Source of the DNA: Laetmonice hystrix
Lineage: Eukaryota
Assembly (NCBI GenBank): GCA_965235115.1
Contig: OZ249436.1
Location: 49,540,001 to 49,604,000, forward strand
DNA length: 64,000 nt
Direction of reading: 5' to 3'
Part shown: piece by piece, positions 13,101-28,100 of the stretch
How the letters are laid out: each line of letters starts with the position of its first letter
Position numbering within the stretch: the stretch's first letter is position 1
Notes under the pieces: generated by a model
Seen by the model: only the letters and a program-made list of their open reading frames with translations
The model's database searches: none
Told to the model about the DNA's origin: nothing
Made by a program: the position numbers and the translations under genes

Positions 13101-16100
13101 AATTATGCACAGTCAAGTTGAGTGATTGAAAAACCGTGTCATAAATTATGCAAGGTAACTGAGTTAGCTGGCCGGAGTGCTTCGGATTATGTACAAAGTG
13201 AGACAATTACAATTACTTTCGAGCGCGGAATGAATTAAAATTCTTCATTAGGAAGGGGCGCTGGACGACGGCGGGTGAGGAGACGAGGGTGGAGGAGAGA
13301 CCTCTGTGGCACGATCATTGCATGGCCGCATTCCAATGACATATGCAATCAAATAAACATGAGAAACTCAACATGGAGATCAAATTAGGCCAGTGTTGTG
13401 GTCGGGGTAACGTGGTTAGGGTCTGAGAGTTGAGGAAGATCGGGGACGAGGGGTTCGGAAACTCTGGCGGGAGATGGCGGCCTTCCCTGGCCTGGCACGC
13501 CGGGAGACCAGCACCCCCGTCAGTCGGTCCCAGCCTGCCGGTGGGGGGTGGACGGGGGCCGGACAGGGTGCTCGATGGAAGCTCCCATCCCCCTCCTCCA
13601 ACCCCTCATCAACTCAACCGATGCCGCCTGCCTGCCCCGCGCCTAACCTTCAGCACCAACCTCATCTAAGTTCACACATTCCATTTGCTGTCTGGCTGAC
13701 ATTTGATCTATAAATTTGAATTCGCCGGCTAATTTGCCCAGATTGCGGCAAGGAAATTTGATTTGTGCTGTGTAACACAGCAGCACCCTCCCACTCTTGT
13801 ATGGATCGCGATTAATTTTTAGCGAGCCAGGCAAGTACAGAAAATGAAAGCGGGGTTATGATGGGGACGTATCAATGAAACGGACGTAAATATAATTTGT
13901 GGTGAATTCCAGCGGGGGTATCGGCGGGATGGGTTCAGCGCGGGTCGCACATCTGCACGTGTACGGCACGTGCGAAAACTGATTTTGACGATGGCAGTAT
14001 CAAAAATTTGTCTGGATAATGTGATATCAGATGAAGAATTGGCCGTGTCTGGTACGACGTGATGGAGAACAACCGTAACGTGCTTAACTTTGGGCAGCTG
14101 GTGGTGTGGCGAGCCTGGCTGTCCACGCTGAGCGACGGATGCCCGGGCCATGGGTTACACAATAAACATCCTTCCAAGAACACAGACGCTGTCGTCATGG
14201 TTACGATAGGCGGGGGGGGGGCGTGGTGGCGGGGACGTCGGTGGTACTCAACCGTGTAATTACACAATCGAAAACCGCCACAGCCAATGAAATCGTGCCT
14301 GACAAATTTTAAACTTTTTAACAATTTGTTAAGTGATCAGCGTTGAAATCGACTCAGGCGGATTACAAGATGGTGTTGTCTATTGACTGAAGGGGGCGCT
14401 GATATAGTACTTCACTCTCCTGCAATGGGGACAAGGCTTTACTTTCCAAACCGAAGACTTCCACAGTCCACACTAGGGCCTATATAAAATAAACCACCCA
14501 TTTCACCATAGTTCAAGTTACAATATAATGTGAATGAAGTAGACAAAACTCCTCTAGCCGAGTGCACTGGAAAATACTTCCTTTGGTGTACGACATTCGG
14601 CCACAAACAGCAAGGTGCCGCGAGAGGGCGCTGCAGTCTAAGGGGTCCCAGAGGACGGGGACCAGACGGCTGACAATGACGTCATCGAGAGAGTCGGTCG
14701 ACTTGTGGGGGTTTACAATAAGGAACCAACACTAATACTGGAACTGTGAAGAAATCACTGTCCAGTGATCTTTTGGTGTAACTTTGTGAATAAAGAACCG
14801 ACACTCCTACTGGAACTGTGAAGAAATCACTGTCCAGTGATCTTTTGGTGTAACTTTGTGAATAAAGAACCCACACTCATACTGGAACTGTGAAGAAATC
14901 ACTGTCCAGTGATCTTTTGGTGTAACTTTGTGAATAAAGAACCCACACTCATACTGGAACTGTGAAGAAATCACTGTCCAGTGATCTTTTGGTGTAACTT
15001 TGTGAATAAAGAACCGACACTCATACTGGAACTGTGAAGAAATCACTTTCCTGTGATCTTTTGGTGTAACTTTTAGAATAAAGATCTGTCACTAATACTG
15101 GAACTGTGAAGAAATCACTGTCCAGTGAACTTTTGGTGTAACTTTGTGAAAGAATTACTGGCCGCCCCGGTAAAACTAGGCACTTAGAAAGTAGTTTGGG
15201 CAACCAAACTTGGTGACTGCATGTAGAAACGTTGGGTGTCATGGGTTAAGGATAATCAGTCAGTAAAAGTCGGTGAACTGGAAGTGCAATTCTGTGAACA
15301 ATTCTGTTAGCACATTATCAATCCAGTAGAGATACAAAGTCTGTGATGGTTTAAACTGGTGACATATGTTATACACCGAGTTCCTGTACTGCGGCAGGCA
15401 GTCAGTCAGTCAGGTCAGCTTATCCTTCATAAAGGTAGCAACGACCCGTAATCAGTCCCGATGAATAACCTAGACCAACTAATAACCCCTGTCCCAGTAC
15501 AACCCTGGGCCCTCCTCTGTACGGTTCTGGTACAGGTGCAAAACAGCCCAAACCGTGCCATGTCAAACTGAGACTCATGGCTGACACAAACATCAGAGTT
15601 CACGACCAGCATCACCATGAACGGTCTTATACCCCATCTGACGTGCTCGTCAATTACACATATGTCATTTGGGTGGCTTGGATTAGGCGGAGACGCGCAA
15701 GGTAAGCTTATCCTATCCACTAATCCGATCAGCTCGACGGGCACCTGAAACAGAACGTCTCATCAAGAGCAGCAGGAGACGGCCGCTTCCCGGGTTATTT
15801 ATTCAGCGGAGATCTTGGAATACCTGTCAAACCAACTTGCCCACCGCTGCCCACATCTCATTAGTGCTTAACATGAGGCCATCAATGGTTGATTAAATAT
15901 GGGATTTGGAAGCGGAGAAAGTTGCCTTCCTATTGCGCCGGTTGGCGCGGCAGTGGCGGCCATTCAGATTAACTCTACATATCATGCCGACCCAATAACA
16001 GCTCTGGGGACCGAGCACGTACAGGGACGGCTGTTTCCGACTATTTGAGTAGGATTCAATTCAGCGATCTGTCCGCATGATATAACCCTACTTGCCGCGT

Positions 16101-19100
16101 CCAATGACACGAACAAAGTTAATCGGCCGCTTCAGTCCGAGTGAATTTGCTAAGTGTCATCGGCCGGCGCAGCGCCCTCTGCTGGTAGACGGGATGTAGT
16201 AGTGGCGATTGGAATCGATGCCGAGCCGAGCCTGCCCCAGGGGTTAGTTCTGGCCGGCCAGCTGAGCCCCTTGCTAAGTTGATAAAAACCAACACTCAAA
16301 TTTGGCAGCAAATCATGCTAACCACAAATCATAAGTCATCCGTAATCGCATTACTGTGGTGAAAAATGGCGCGGCGGTGTACGTAAAGCAGGCCTTGCAG
16401 GGTCCGTGCCTGCCAGGCCGGCGGCGTGATTCTGACACCGGGCCGGTGCTCCAACTGTTCGGCGGGCCGCGGCCCCGCGCCGCCCGTCACCGACAGGCTG
16501 GCCATGCTCCGGCGGCCGACAACGCCAAAGGTGTGACTAAACAGACTCCTCTACCTGCGCCTGGCTGCCGCCGCCGGCCGTGATAGATGGCCCGGTACGG
16601 CCCAGCGAGCCGTCAAACGTGTGATGATACCAAGCATGGGTTGTGGCCACCCACCCAGCAAACCAACCTGGCTCTAATTAAATCCTGAACGTAATGTGCT
16701 GACCTCTAATATATCCACCGCCTCCCCTGTCCGTTTTATTCGGTAGAACTGATAACCAATCTGTCCACGTCACAATATACACATAATCTAGTCTGGAGGT
16801 TCGGTAAGGTCAAGTCAAAAACTACCTCTCCCAAACTGTCAGTAGTCCAGGGAAGATCGGAGCTGAGGTACCGCTGACGCTGGGAGATGCTGAATTAAAT
16901 GTCGAAAAATTAAGTGGTGTCCGACGTTTCTATCAGATAACTTTCCACCTTACATCAGGCCCATTCAGGGGTCATCATTCCTTTAATCTAGTAATCCCAG
17001 TCGTCTAAGTCCTTCAGACTACCCCAGAGATCATGTCATGGCCACATAAAAGTCAAATGAGGACTGCATTGCAATTTTGGCAAAATACGTTAAATTTAGA
17101 AAATTCAATGCATATACGTTTGCTCTAGCCCTTATATGACCCTCATATGAAAATAATGTAAAAAAAAATGTCAAAGTTCAGGAAGCATTGTGATTGTCCT
17201 GAGGCTTTGCCATAAAACCGAATCAAAAATAGAATCTTGGTCAGCAAGTCCCGAGTCGTGGAAATTGGTTCTGGCCCTCCAGCCCATTTCCATATACTAC
17301 TTGCTTAGACTCTCGCCCATTTCCATATACTACTTGCCTAGACTCTCGCCCATTTCCATATACTACTTGCCTAGACTCTCGCCCATTTCCATATACTACT
17401 TGCCTAGACTCTCGCCCATTTCCATGCTACTTGCCTAGACTCGCCCATTTCCATATACTACTTGCCTAGACTCTCGCCCATTTCCATATACTACTTGCCT
17501 AGACTCTCGCCCATTTCCATACTACTTGCCTAGACTCGCCCATTTCCATATACTACTTGCCTAGACTCTCGCCCATTTACTTGCCTAGACTCTCATAGGA
17601 GAAGTCTATTGCCTCATCATGATCGAGTTAGAAGCTTGTTACAATGTCAAAGCTTTTTCATCCAAACGATTCAATCTTTGAAGAAATTATCAAGAAGTAG
17701 GGCGGTTAAATACCACCTTTGACAAAGGTTATAACGATCATATTTATCCGGAGTGGGCCTCCTATGAACTCATCTATTCAGAAGTAAAAATTACCACAAC
17801 AATCCCTTCAGTCATAGCACATCTTGATAAATTCAAAGGCTAGCAATTACGTTCATCGCTAATAAAAATTATCTAATTACATCTGAGGTACTTGAAAATT
17901 AATCAGCTGTTCACTTCAAATAATATGATTAACTAATTAGCGAATCTACAACTTAACCTGGATACAAGTATTGTTCTGCGACGTCACAGGCAACCCTCAA
18001 AAATAATAATTCCCCCCTCCCATTCACCTTATTAATAGATTATATTATTTAAATGTAGCTTGAAGAGTGCTATGATATTTATGGCAGACGTCAGATAGAC
18101 CCAGAGTCTCACAACCCCGCCTGATACCAAGGTCAACATATAAAGACCAGAAAAACACGTACCGACTGTTGAGTCGGCCGACAATCCCCAACTAAACTGT
18201 TTACTTGGGGACAGTCGGCCGACTAAACAGTCGGCACGTCTACGCCGTTCGATACCGCAGTGATGGCCACAGACAACCGGCTGGGGTTGGCCGGGGCGGG
18301 GGCGCCTGCCCCTTTTATCCCGGACGTATACCCGATATGTTTGTGTTTACCTGATATGTTTGTGTTTATACCTGATATGTTTGTGTTTATACCTGATATG
18401 TTTGTGTTTATACCTGATATGTTTGTGTTTATACCCGATATGTTTGTGTTTATACCCGATATGTTTGTGTTTATACCCGATATGTTTGTGTTTATACCCG
18501 ATATGTTTGTGTTTATACCCGATATGTTTGTGTTTATACCCGATATGTTTGTGTTTATACCTGATATGTTTGTGTTTATACCTGATGTTTGTGTTTATAC
18601 CTGATGTTTGTGTTTATACCTGATATGTTTGTGTTTATACCTGATATGTTTGTGTTTATACCTGATATGCTTGTGTTTATACCTGATGTTTGTGTTTATA
18701 CCTGATATGTTTGTGTTTATACCCGATATGTTTGTGTTTATACCTGATGTTTGTGTTTATACCTGATATGTTTGTGTTTATACCCGATATGTTTGTGTTT
18801 ATACCCGATATGTTCGTGTTTACCTGATATAATGTTTGTGTTTATACCTGATATGTTTGTGTTTGTAGTTTATACCCGATGTTTGTGTTTATACCTGATA
18901 TGTTTGTGTTTATACCTGATATGTTTGTGTTTATACCTGATGTTTGTGTTTATACCTGATGTTTGTGTTTATACCTGATATGTTTGTGTTTATACCTGAT
19001 ATGTTTGTGTTTATACCTGATATGCTTGTGTTTATACCTGATGTTTGTGTTTATACCTGATATGTTTGTGTTTATACCCGATATGTTTGTGTTTATACCT

Positions 19101-22100
19101 GATGTTTGTGTTTATACCTGATATGTTTGTGTTTATACCCGATATGTTTGTGTTTATACCCGATATGTTCGTGTTTACCTGATATAATGTTTGTGTTTAT
19201 ACCTGATATGTTTGTGTTTGTAGTTTATACCCGATGTTTGTGTTTATACCTGATATGTTTGTGTTTATACCTGATATGTTTGTGTTTATACCTGATATGT
19301 TTGTGTTTATACCCGATATGTTTGTGTTTATACCCGATATGTTTGTGTTTATACCCGATATGTTTGTGTTTATAACTGATATGTTTGTGTTTATACCTGA
19401 TATGTTTGTGTTTATACCTGATATGTTTGTGTTTATACCTGATATGTTTGTGTTTATACCTGATATTTGTGTTTATACCCGATATGTTTGTGTTTATACC
19501 CGATGTTTGTGTTTATACCCGATATGTTTGTGTTTATACCCGATATGTTTGTGTTTATACCTGATATGTTTGTGTTTATACCTGATATGTTTGTTTATAC
19601 CTGATATGTTTGTGTTTATAACCGATATGTTTGTGTTTATAACTGATATGTTTGTTTATACCTGATATGTTTGTGTTTATACCCGATATGTTTGTGTTTA
19701 TACCCGATATGTTTGTGTTTATACCCGATATGTTTGTGTTTATACCTGATATGTTTGTGTTTATACCTGATATGTTTGTTTATACCTGATATGTTTGTGT
19801 TTATAACCGATATGTTTGTGTTTATAACTGATATGTTTGTTTATACCTGATATGTTTGTGTTTATACCCGATATGTTTGTGTTTATACCCGATATGTTTG
19901 TGTTTATACCCGATATGTTTGTGTTTATACCCGATATGTTTGTGTTTATACCCGATATGTTTGTGTTTATACCTGATATGTTTGTGTTTATAACTGATAT
20001 GTTTGTGTTCATACCTGATATGTTCGTGTTTACCCGATATGTTTGTGTTTATACCCGATATGTTCGTGTTTATACCTGATATGTTTGTGTTTATAACCGA
20101 TATGTTTGTGTTTATAATTGATATGTTTTTTTATACCCGATATGTTCGTGTTTATACCTGATATGTTTGTGTTTATACCCGATATGTTTGTGTTTATACC
20201 CGATATGTTTGTGTTTATACCTGATATGTTTGTGTTTATACCTGATATGTTTGTGTTTATACCTGATATGTTTGTGTTTATAACTGATATGTTTGTGTTT
20301 ATACCCGATATGTTTGTGTTTATACCCGATATGTTTGTGTTTATACCGGATATGTTTGTGTTTATACCCGATATGTTTGTGTTTATACCTGATATGTTTG
20401 TGTTTATACCTGATATGTTTGTGTTTATACCCGATATGTTCGTGTTTACCCGATATGTTTGTGTTTATACCTGATATGTTCGTGTTTACCCGATATGTTT
20501 GTGTTTATACCCGATATGTTTGTGTTTATACCTGATATGTTTGTGTTTATACCTGATATGTTTGTGTTTATAACTGATATGTTTGTGTTTATACCTGATG
20601 TTTGTGTTTATAACTGATATGTTTGTGTTCATACCTGATATGTTTGTGTTTATACCTGATATGTTCGTATTTACCTGATATGTTTGTGTTTATACCTGAT
20701 ATGTTTGTGTTTATACCCGATATGTTTGTGTTTATACCTGATATGTTTGTGTTTATACCTGATATGTTTGTGTTTATAGTTTATACCCGATATGTTTGTG
20801 TTTATACCTGATATGTTTGTGTTTCAATTCTGTGCATTGAAACCTGGTTTCAAGATCCAAGCTAGAAGATCGTGAAACAAAAATTGTTTTAAAACCACAT
20901 TAAAGTCGAAGATTATGTCTACGCTTAATCATATGACATGAAAATGATAAAATAATGTGAATTGGATAAATCCTGATATTTCCTAATCACCTCTCAATAT
21001 TACCGTCACTGTCACGGTCACTACGACGACCCCCCCCCCCCCCACACACACACACCATCCCGACTCGCTGGGACTAGAGCTGCCATGACAAAACATTTCA
21101 CTTAATTTGATTGGCCCTTTGCTTGAATAAGTCGGCATATGTTTCAGTGTGTTGGCGGGTGCACGTTGTGTGAAGATTCTCTGTGTACCCACCACCCTCT
21201 CTGATGACATTCAAACACGTCAGACGTTGACCTAATCATGGCGGCCGCCATCGCTGTGCGCATGATCGGAAGTGGCTGACCTCGGGGTCCCGACACTGTT
21301 TTCACTTCACGTCTTAAGTCTAATTGAATTGAACTAATTTCATACGCTGCTGATCCCATTAAGCAAGATTATCCGTCCAGGACGCAACCAGCGAGTTTCC
21401 GACAATATTTGCTTTCCATATCCTCTGTTTACCGTCGACATCTCGAGAGGGCGCTGTAATCAATTACGCGCTGTTTACACATCAAAGCTAAGTCCAACTT
21501 GGAGTGGCTAAGTCAATTACACTTTGCCGGAGCCTGGACGAATCGGCAACGCGCAGATAACGCTACAACATGTGCAAACAACGGGAAAGGCCATGGAATT
21601 AATTAAGTATTAATTGTCAAACGCGGCGCTTCCGTTCCCAGATCCTACTTGCCGTTGCACATGGTTTGCCGCTGTACGCGTCACGCCGAGCCGGGCTGTT
21701 AAACAAAACATGGCCTAATCATCCTTGATTACTGAAATATTTAAAAAATCTCTCGCTGGATTTGTCGCGTCTGACAGTGCCGACAGACACATGTTCCAGG
21801 GACACTCATTACCGCGATGGTCACTGTCAGACTTTGGCAATGTCGGCAGCGGCCTCTCATCCTCCCAACTGACAGCGGCTGAAAAATTTAACAGTCTGTA
21901 ATACTACTGTGTGTTGAGTAATTGATCGGTTAATCTAATAGATGCATTTATCCCTGGAGTTTCTCTTCGGTCCTTTTCACAATGCCATTTGCCACCCGCA
22001 TCAATACGTGATGCGTCGCCACAGCTGTAAATGTATAATACGTGAGGCCGAGACGGACAGCCGAATTAGCGTTCGCTTTCTTCCAATACAACAAAAGACT

Positions 22101-25100
22101 TCAAAAATCGGTTAAACAGTCGGAATCTTTAACAGAGTTCTCCTCCTTCGAGTAACATTCATTTTAAAGTTTGGTGAACACGCTACAACACGCAACATGT
22201 CACAATGAAGCAGGGGCGGATCTAGGTTTGCGCCAACCGGGCGGGGGGGGGGGGGGGGTGCCAAGGGGGGGTTGGGTTGTGGTCGAGGGTATGTGTATGT
22301 TTTGTGTGAACCTTTCAAGCAGGAAAAAAGAAAAATTATTTCGTAACGGGGGGTGGGAGTTGCAACCCCAGTCACCCCCCCCCCCCTTAAATCCGCCACT
22401 GTGAAGTGGAAGTTGTGCCGATGACTTCTGTCTGAAACTGACCAAGAACGGGTAAAATGGGGCAATGAGACTTATAGGCCTCTAAAAACAGCGTGGTCTA
22501 AATACACCTCCCTTATATAAAACCTTGTCCGTTGTATAAGATTTCCTTACGAAAGCTAAAGTTGCTGCTATATGTAAAAATGAAGCGTTCAATGTCCAGC
22601 ACACATCTCTCTCTATGCTGAAAGTACGATTTGTTATAACTTAAAATTCTATTTGAGCCCACACGTTCCGTTTGCCTCAGTAGTTGCGAGTTCGTCTGCC
22701 GCGTGACGTTGGTGACATCATCAAAGTCAGGACGTCATCAATAAGTCATGTTTGCGCCCATGAGGACATGTCCTGTACGGGTATGGGTCACGGCTACCTC
22801 AAGGCCTGGCCCCAGTCGAGTGAACACTTTCAAAATGGTTCGGACATAATGACCAGCCTCAGACTGACTTAGGCATTGGTTACAACCCCCCAGGGGACGA
22901 CCTAGGATTTTCTATAGGGTGGAAACCATTAGACGTCAACGGACGGCCTCCAAAGTTCAAACCAATGCACATGTACATAATGTATATGTACTGTCGTGTG
23001 ATAAAACGTCAAAAAGTCCGTGAGGGGGGGGCAGCCCCCTGGATACCCCCCCCCCTCCTAGACCCGCACCTGCTGGTTAAGGATCCCTATTGGACACCAA
23101 TACAAACGTTGTTGGCTCTGTACTTTACTATGCTCAAAAAGCGAAAGGGGAAAATCCCCTGAGTGGCCGATCCATTTACAAGTTCAGCAATGTTTTTGTT
23201 TTACTAATCTTTCGCGGAACTCCCGTTTCTTCCAGCATCCGGTACACGGACTGCGTGACTGACTCCTGACGTCATAGCCTTCCTGATTGTAAATGTCTGG
23301 TGGGGCTGGGGGACTACCAGGACCGTTCTATGGTTACAAAGGTTCCGTGTAATCAGCCCGGGTCATTGTATATGGTTACAAAGGTTCCGTGTAATCAGCC
23401 CGGATCATTCTATGGTTACAAAGGTTCCGTGTAATCAGCCCGGATCATTCTATGGCTACAAAGGTTCCGTGTAATCAGCCCGGATCATTCTATGGCTACA
23501 AAGGTTCCGTGTAATCAGCCCGGATCATTCTATGGCTACAAAGGTTCCGTGTAATCAGCCCGGATCATTCTATGGTTACAAAGGTTCCGTGTAATCAGCC
23601 AGGGTCATTCTATGGTTACAAAGGTTCCGTGTAATCAGCCCGGATCATTCTATGGTTACAAGGGTTCCGTGTAATCAGCCCGGATCATTCTATGGTTACA
23701 AGGGTTCCGTGTAATCAGCCCGGACCATTCTATGGTTACAAAGGTTCCATGTAATCAGCCCGGATCATTCTATGGTTACAAGGGTTCCGTGTAATCAGCC
23801 CGGATCATTCTATGGTTACAAAGGTTCCGTGTAATCAGCCCGGATCATTCTATGGTTACAAAGGTTCCGTGTAATCAGCCAGGGTCATTCTATATGGTTA
23901 CAAAGGTTCCGTGTAATCAGCCCGGATCATTCTATGGTTACAAGGGTTCCGTGTTATCAGCCCGGATCATTCTATATGGTTACAAGGGTTCCGTGTAATC
24001 AGCCCGGATCATTCTATGGTTACAAAGGTTCCGTGTAATCATCCCGGATCATTCTATGGTTACAAGGGTTCCGTGTAATCAGCCCGGATCATTCTATGGT
24101 TACAAGGGTTCCGTGTAATCTGCCCGGATCATTCTATGGCTACAAAGGTTCCGTGTAATCAGCCCGGATCATTCTATGGTTACAAAGGTTCCGTGTAATC
24201 AGCCCGGATCATTCTATGGTTACAAAGGTTCCGTGTAATCATCCCGGATCATTCTATGGTTACAAGGGTTCCGTGTAATCAGCCCGGATCATTCTATGGT
24301 TACAAGGGTTCCGTGTAATCTGCCCGGATCATTCTATGGCTACAAAGGTTCCGTGTAATCAGCCCGGATCATTCTATGGTTACAAAGGTTCCGTGTAATC
24401 AGCCCGGATCATTCTATGGTTACAAAGGTTCCGTGTAATCAGCCAGGGTCATTCTATATGGTTACAAAGGTTCCGTGTAATCAGCCCGGATCATTCTATG
24501 GTTACAAGGGTTCCGTGTAATCAGCCCGGATCATTCTATATGGTTACAAGGGTTCCGTGTAATCAGCCCGGATCATTCTATGGTTACAAAGGTTCCGTGT
24601 AATTAGCCCTATCCCACAATATATAGATATCAAAGTGGGGCTGTCAGCTGCTCGACAACATTTTGGTGTGAGCAACTTTTCGTGAAAGTTTCTCCCCTCC
24701 GTTCTCGCTTGGAGCCGTGAGATTCTCGATTCATAACGTTGCCAATCCGAGGAGCTGACGTTACAGAACTTCAGAAACTACCAGCGCCCTGCCTCTAATA
24801 ATACCCAGGTTACAGAAACTACCCGCGTCCTGTCTCTAATAATACCCAGGTTACAGAAACTACCAGCGCCCTGCCTCTAATGATACCCAGGTTACAGAAA
24901 CTACCAGCGCCCTGCCTCTAATAATACCCAGGTTACAGAAACTACCAGCGCCCTGCCTCTAATAATACCCAGGTTACAGAAACTACCAGCGTCCTGCCTC
25001 TAATAATACCCAGGTTACAGAAACTACCAGCGTCCTGCCTCTAATAATACCCAGGTTACAGAAACTACCAGCGCCCTACCTCTAATAATACCCAGGTTAC

Positions 25101-28100
25101 AGAAACTACCAGCGCCCTGCCTCTAATAATACCCAGGTTACAGAAACTACCAGCGCCCTGCCTCTAATAATACCCAGGTTACAGAAAATACCAGCGCCCT
25201 GCCTCTAATAATACCCAGGTTACAGAAACTACCAACGCCCTGCCTCTAATAATACCCAGGTTACAGAAACTACCAGCGCCCTGCCTCTAATAATACCCAG
25301 GTTACAGAAACTACCAGCGCCCTGCCTCTAATAATACCCAGGTTACAGAAACTACCAGCGCCCTGCCTCTAATAATACCCAGGTTACAGAAACTACCAGC
25401 GCCCTGCCTCTAATAATACCCAGGTTACAGAAACTACCAGCGTCCTGTCTCTAATAATACCCAGGTTACAGAAACTACCCGCGCCCTGTCTCTAATAATA
25501 CCCAGGTTACAGAAACTACCCGCGCCCTGTCTCTAATAATACCCAGGTTACAGAAACTACCAGCGTCCTGTCTCTAATAATACCCAGGTTACAGAAACTA
25601 CCAGCGCCCTGCCTCTAATAATACCCAGGTTACAGAAACTACCCGCGCCCTGTCTCTAATAATACCCAGGTTACAGAAACTACCCGCGCCCTGTCTCTAA
25701 TAATACCCAGGTTACAGAAACTACCAGCGCCCTGCCTCTAATAATACCCAGGTTACAGAAACTACCCGCGCCCTGTCTCTAATAATACCCAGGTTACAGA
25801 AACTACCAGCGCCCTGCCTCTAATAATACCCAGGTTACAGAAACTACCAGCGCCCTGCCTCTAATAATACCCAGGTTACAGAAACTACCCGCGCCCTGTC
25901 TCTAATAATACCCAGGTTACAGAAACTACCAGCGCCCTGCCTCTAATAATACCCAGGTTACAGAAACTACCCGCGCCCTGTCTCTAATAATACCCAGGTT
26001 ACAGAAACTACCAGCGCCCTGCCTCTAATAATACCCAGGTTACAGAAACTACCCGCGCCCTGTCTCTAATAATACCCAGGTTACAGAAACTACCAGCGCC
26101 CTGCCTCTAATAATACCCTGGTTACAGAAACTACCAGCGCCCTGCCTCTAATAATACCCAGGTTACAGAAACTACCAGCGCCCTGCCTCTAATAATACCC
26201 AGGTTACAGAAACTACCCGCGCCCTGTCTCTAATAATACCCAGGTTACAGAAACTACCAGCGCCCTGCCTCTAATAATACCCAGGTTACAGAGATATAAC
26301 TGAATTACCAAAACCCGTTGGTTATGAAAGTCATAACTGTTTAGAGTGTGTTGGAGAATTACTAAAACCCTTGTTTGTATTTTTGTTTGTTTGTTTGTTT
26401 GTCCCATGCCCCTATAACAAACGGGAAATCTTTAAGTATCCAATGAAATACTTTTTATTGTAAACGGCTCCCTATCTAAATAAAGACGCTCCATGAAAGC
26501 AATTCATCGTAAGGCACGAATGTTGTAATCCATCCTACACGACTCCACCAAAACAATACTATCACATTATTTATTTCACAACTGTGAGATGTTCTGACCA
26601 TATCGTCACCACCTTGGCACTGATTCTTAGTCTGCCACAGTCCAACCATTCCATATCTATACGCCTTGCGGCTTCGTGCCAACAAAGATGAGGGCAACAA
26701 GGACAAAAACACATCACAAGAGTTTTTCAATCCCTTTAGCTCACTGATCCGCCATGCGTCTTTCTTTGTTTGCCAAATTTGCCAGGCGCAACGTTCAGAA
26801 GTCGAGCTGGGCCGTCCCGTCCTGAGCGTCCTAATCTCATCTTAACCCACTGGCCAAGCCACATATTATTATATTGCTACATGGACCACTACCTGAAATT
26901 GGATCAGTGGCTGAAATTTCATCAAATTTAATCACGCATGAACAAAGCCTGATAAGGACTAAATCGGAATAAATTGCGTATTTGTCCGATGTATCTGTAT
27001 TATGTGTGGGGCTGGCGGGCGGAGGCGCGGTGGGTAATCGGGCATTACGCTGTTTGCAACAGAATAATACCCCGTGAGCAAACGCAGATGGGGGGAGGAG
27101 TCAGGCCGCGAGGTGCATCAATAGTCAGTGTCAGACCTGGGCCCGGCCCGACCCCGCGGGGATAGCGGTCACATAATGCTATGGTGGGCGGCCGCCTCCC
27201 CGAGTCTGCCGTCACAGTCCGCGCTCACTGTCACCCTGACACGTAGTGCTTGGATTTGACGGTAGGTGGCGCGATGCTGACCCGAACCTTGGACGACTGG
27301 AACCCGGATTAGTATATCGTGTCTACAATATGTCACGTCAGACTCTCAAAGTAAGGGTTTCCTGACTTGAGCAGCGAGGTGACTTGGATTAGGCATACCC
27401 TCTTAGGGCCCTAGAATTTAGGCTAGTTATTAGTTCGCTCAAATACAGACTGCGAGTTCTTCATCTTTACCAGAGCTTTTTTTCACAATGCTTACCCTTA
27501 TATGGTTTACCACTCCGCCCCCGCCCCCGCCCCCACCTAAACAGTCCAGCCGCTAAGTGAGTGCGTGAGAGTGAGTGAGTGAGTGAGTGAGTGAGTGAGT
27601 GAGTGAGTGAGTGAGTGAGTGAGTGAGTGAGTGAGTGAGTGGGTGAGTGAGTGGACCGTGATAGACTCGTCACCGTCAGTCAGTCTCACTGGCCACAAAT
27701 GAAGCCCCCACCTACCCCACCCCTACCCCACCCCCACCCCACACACCCCAGCCACACCCGCTGCAGTACCTGACCCTCATACCCCTCCCCACCAGATCAC
27801 ACTGTAATCCCACGCCGCGGCTTCAAACTCAATTTCCTGTGAAAATAATCATATCATAAGCCAGGATGATAATTCCTTGCCAATCACGGCGGCAGGAAAG
27901 TGTGTAATTTACACGACCATAGAGGCAATTACAGGCATGGAGTCAGCAGTAGCAGCACCGTCTGCCACAACCATTGCCGGCTGATGGCGGCTCGCAACGA
28001 TTCCTCACAAGTTATTCCTAACGGATGTTCAACGGATGAGGGGCGGGGGTTGAGAGGGAATTGAAAGAGCACAGAGCTACTTCTATTGACGGTACAAGGG

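Noticed and set aside
18260..20811. FIPDMFV / CLCLY repeat proteins
   Set aside because: Translations of the 21-bp satellite, with frequent frameshifting indels.
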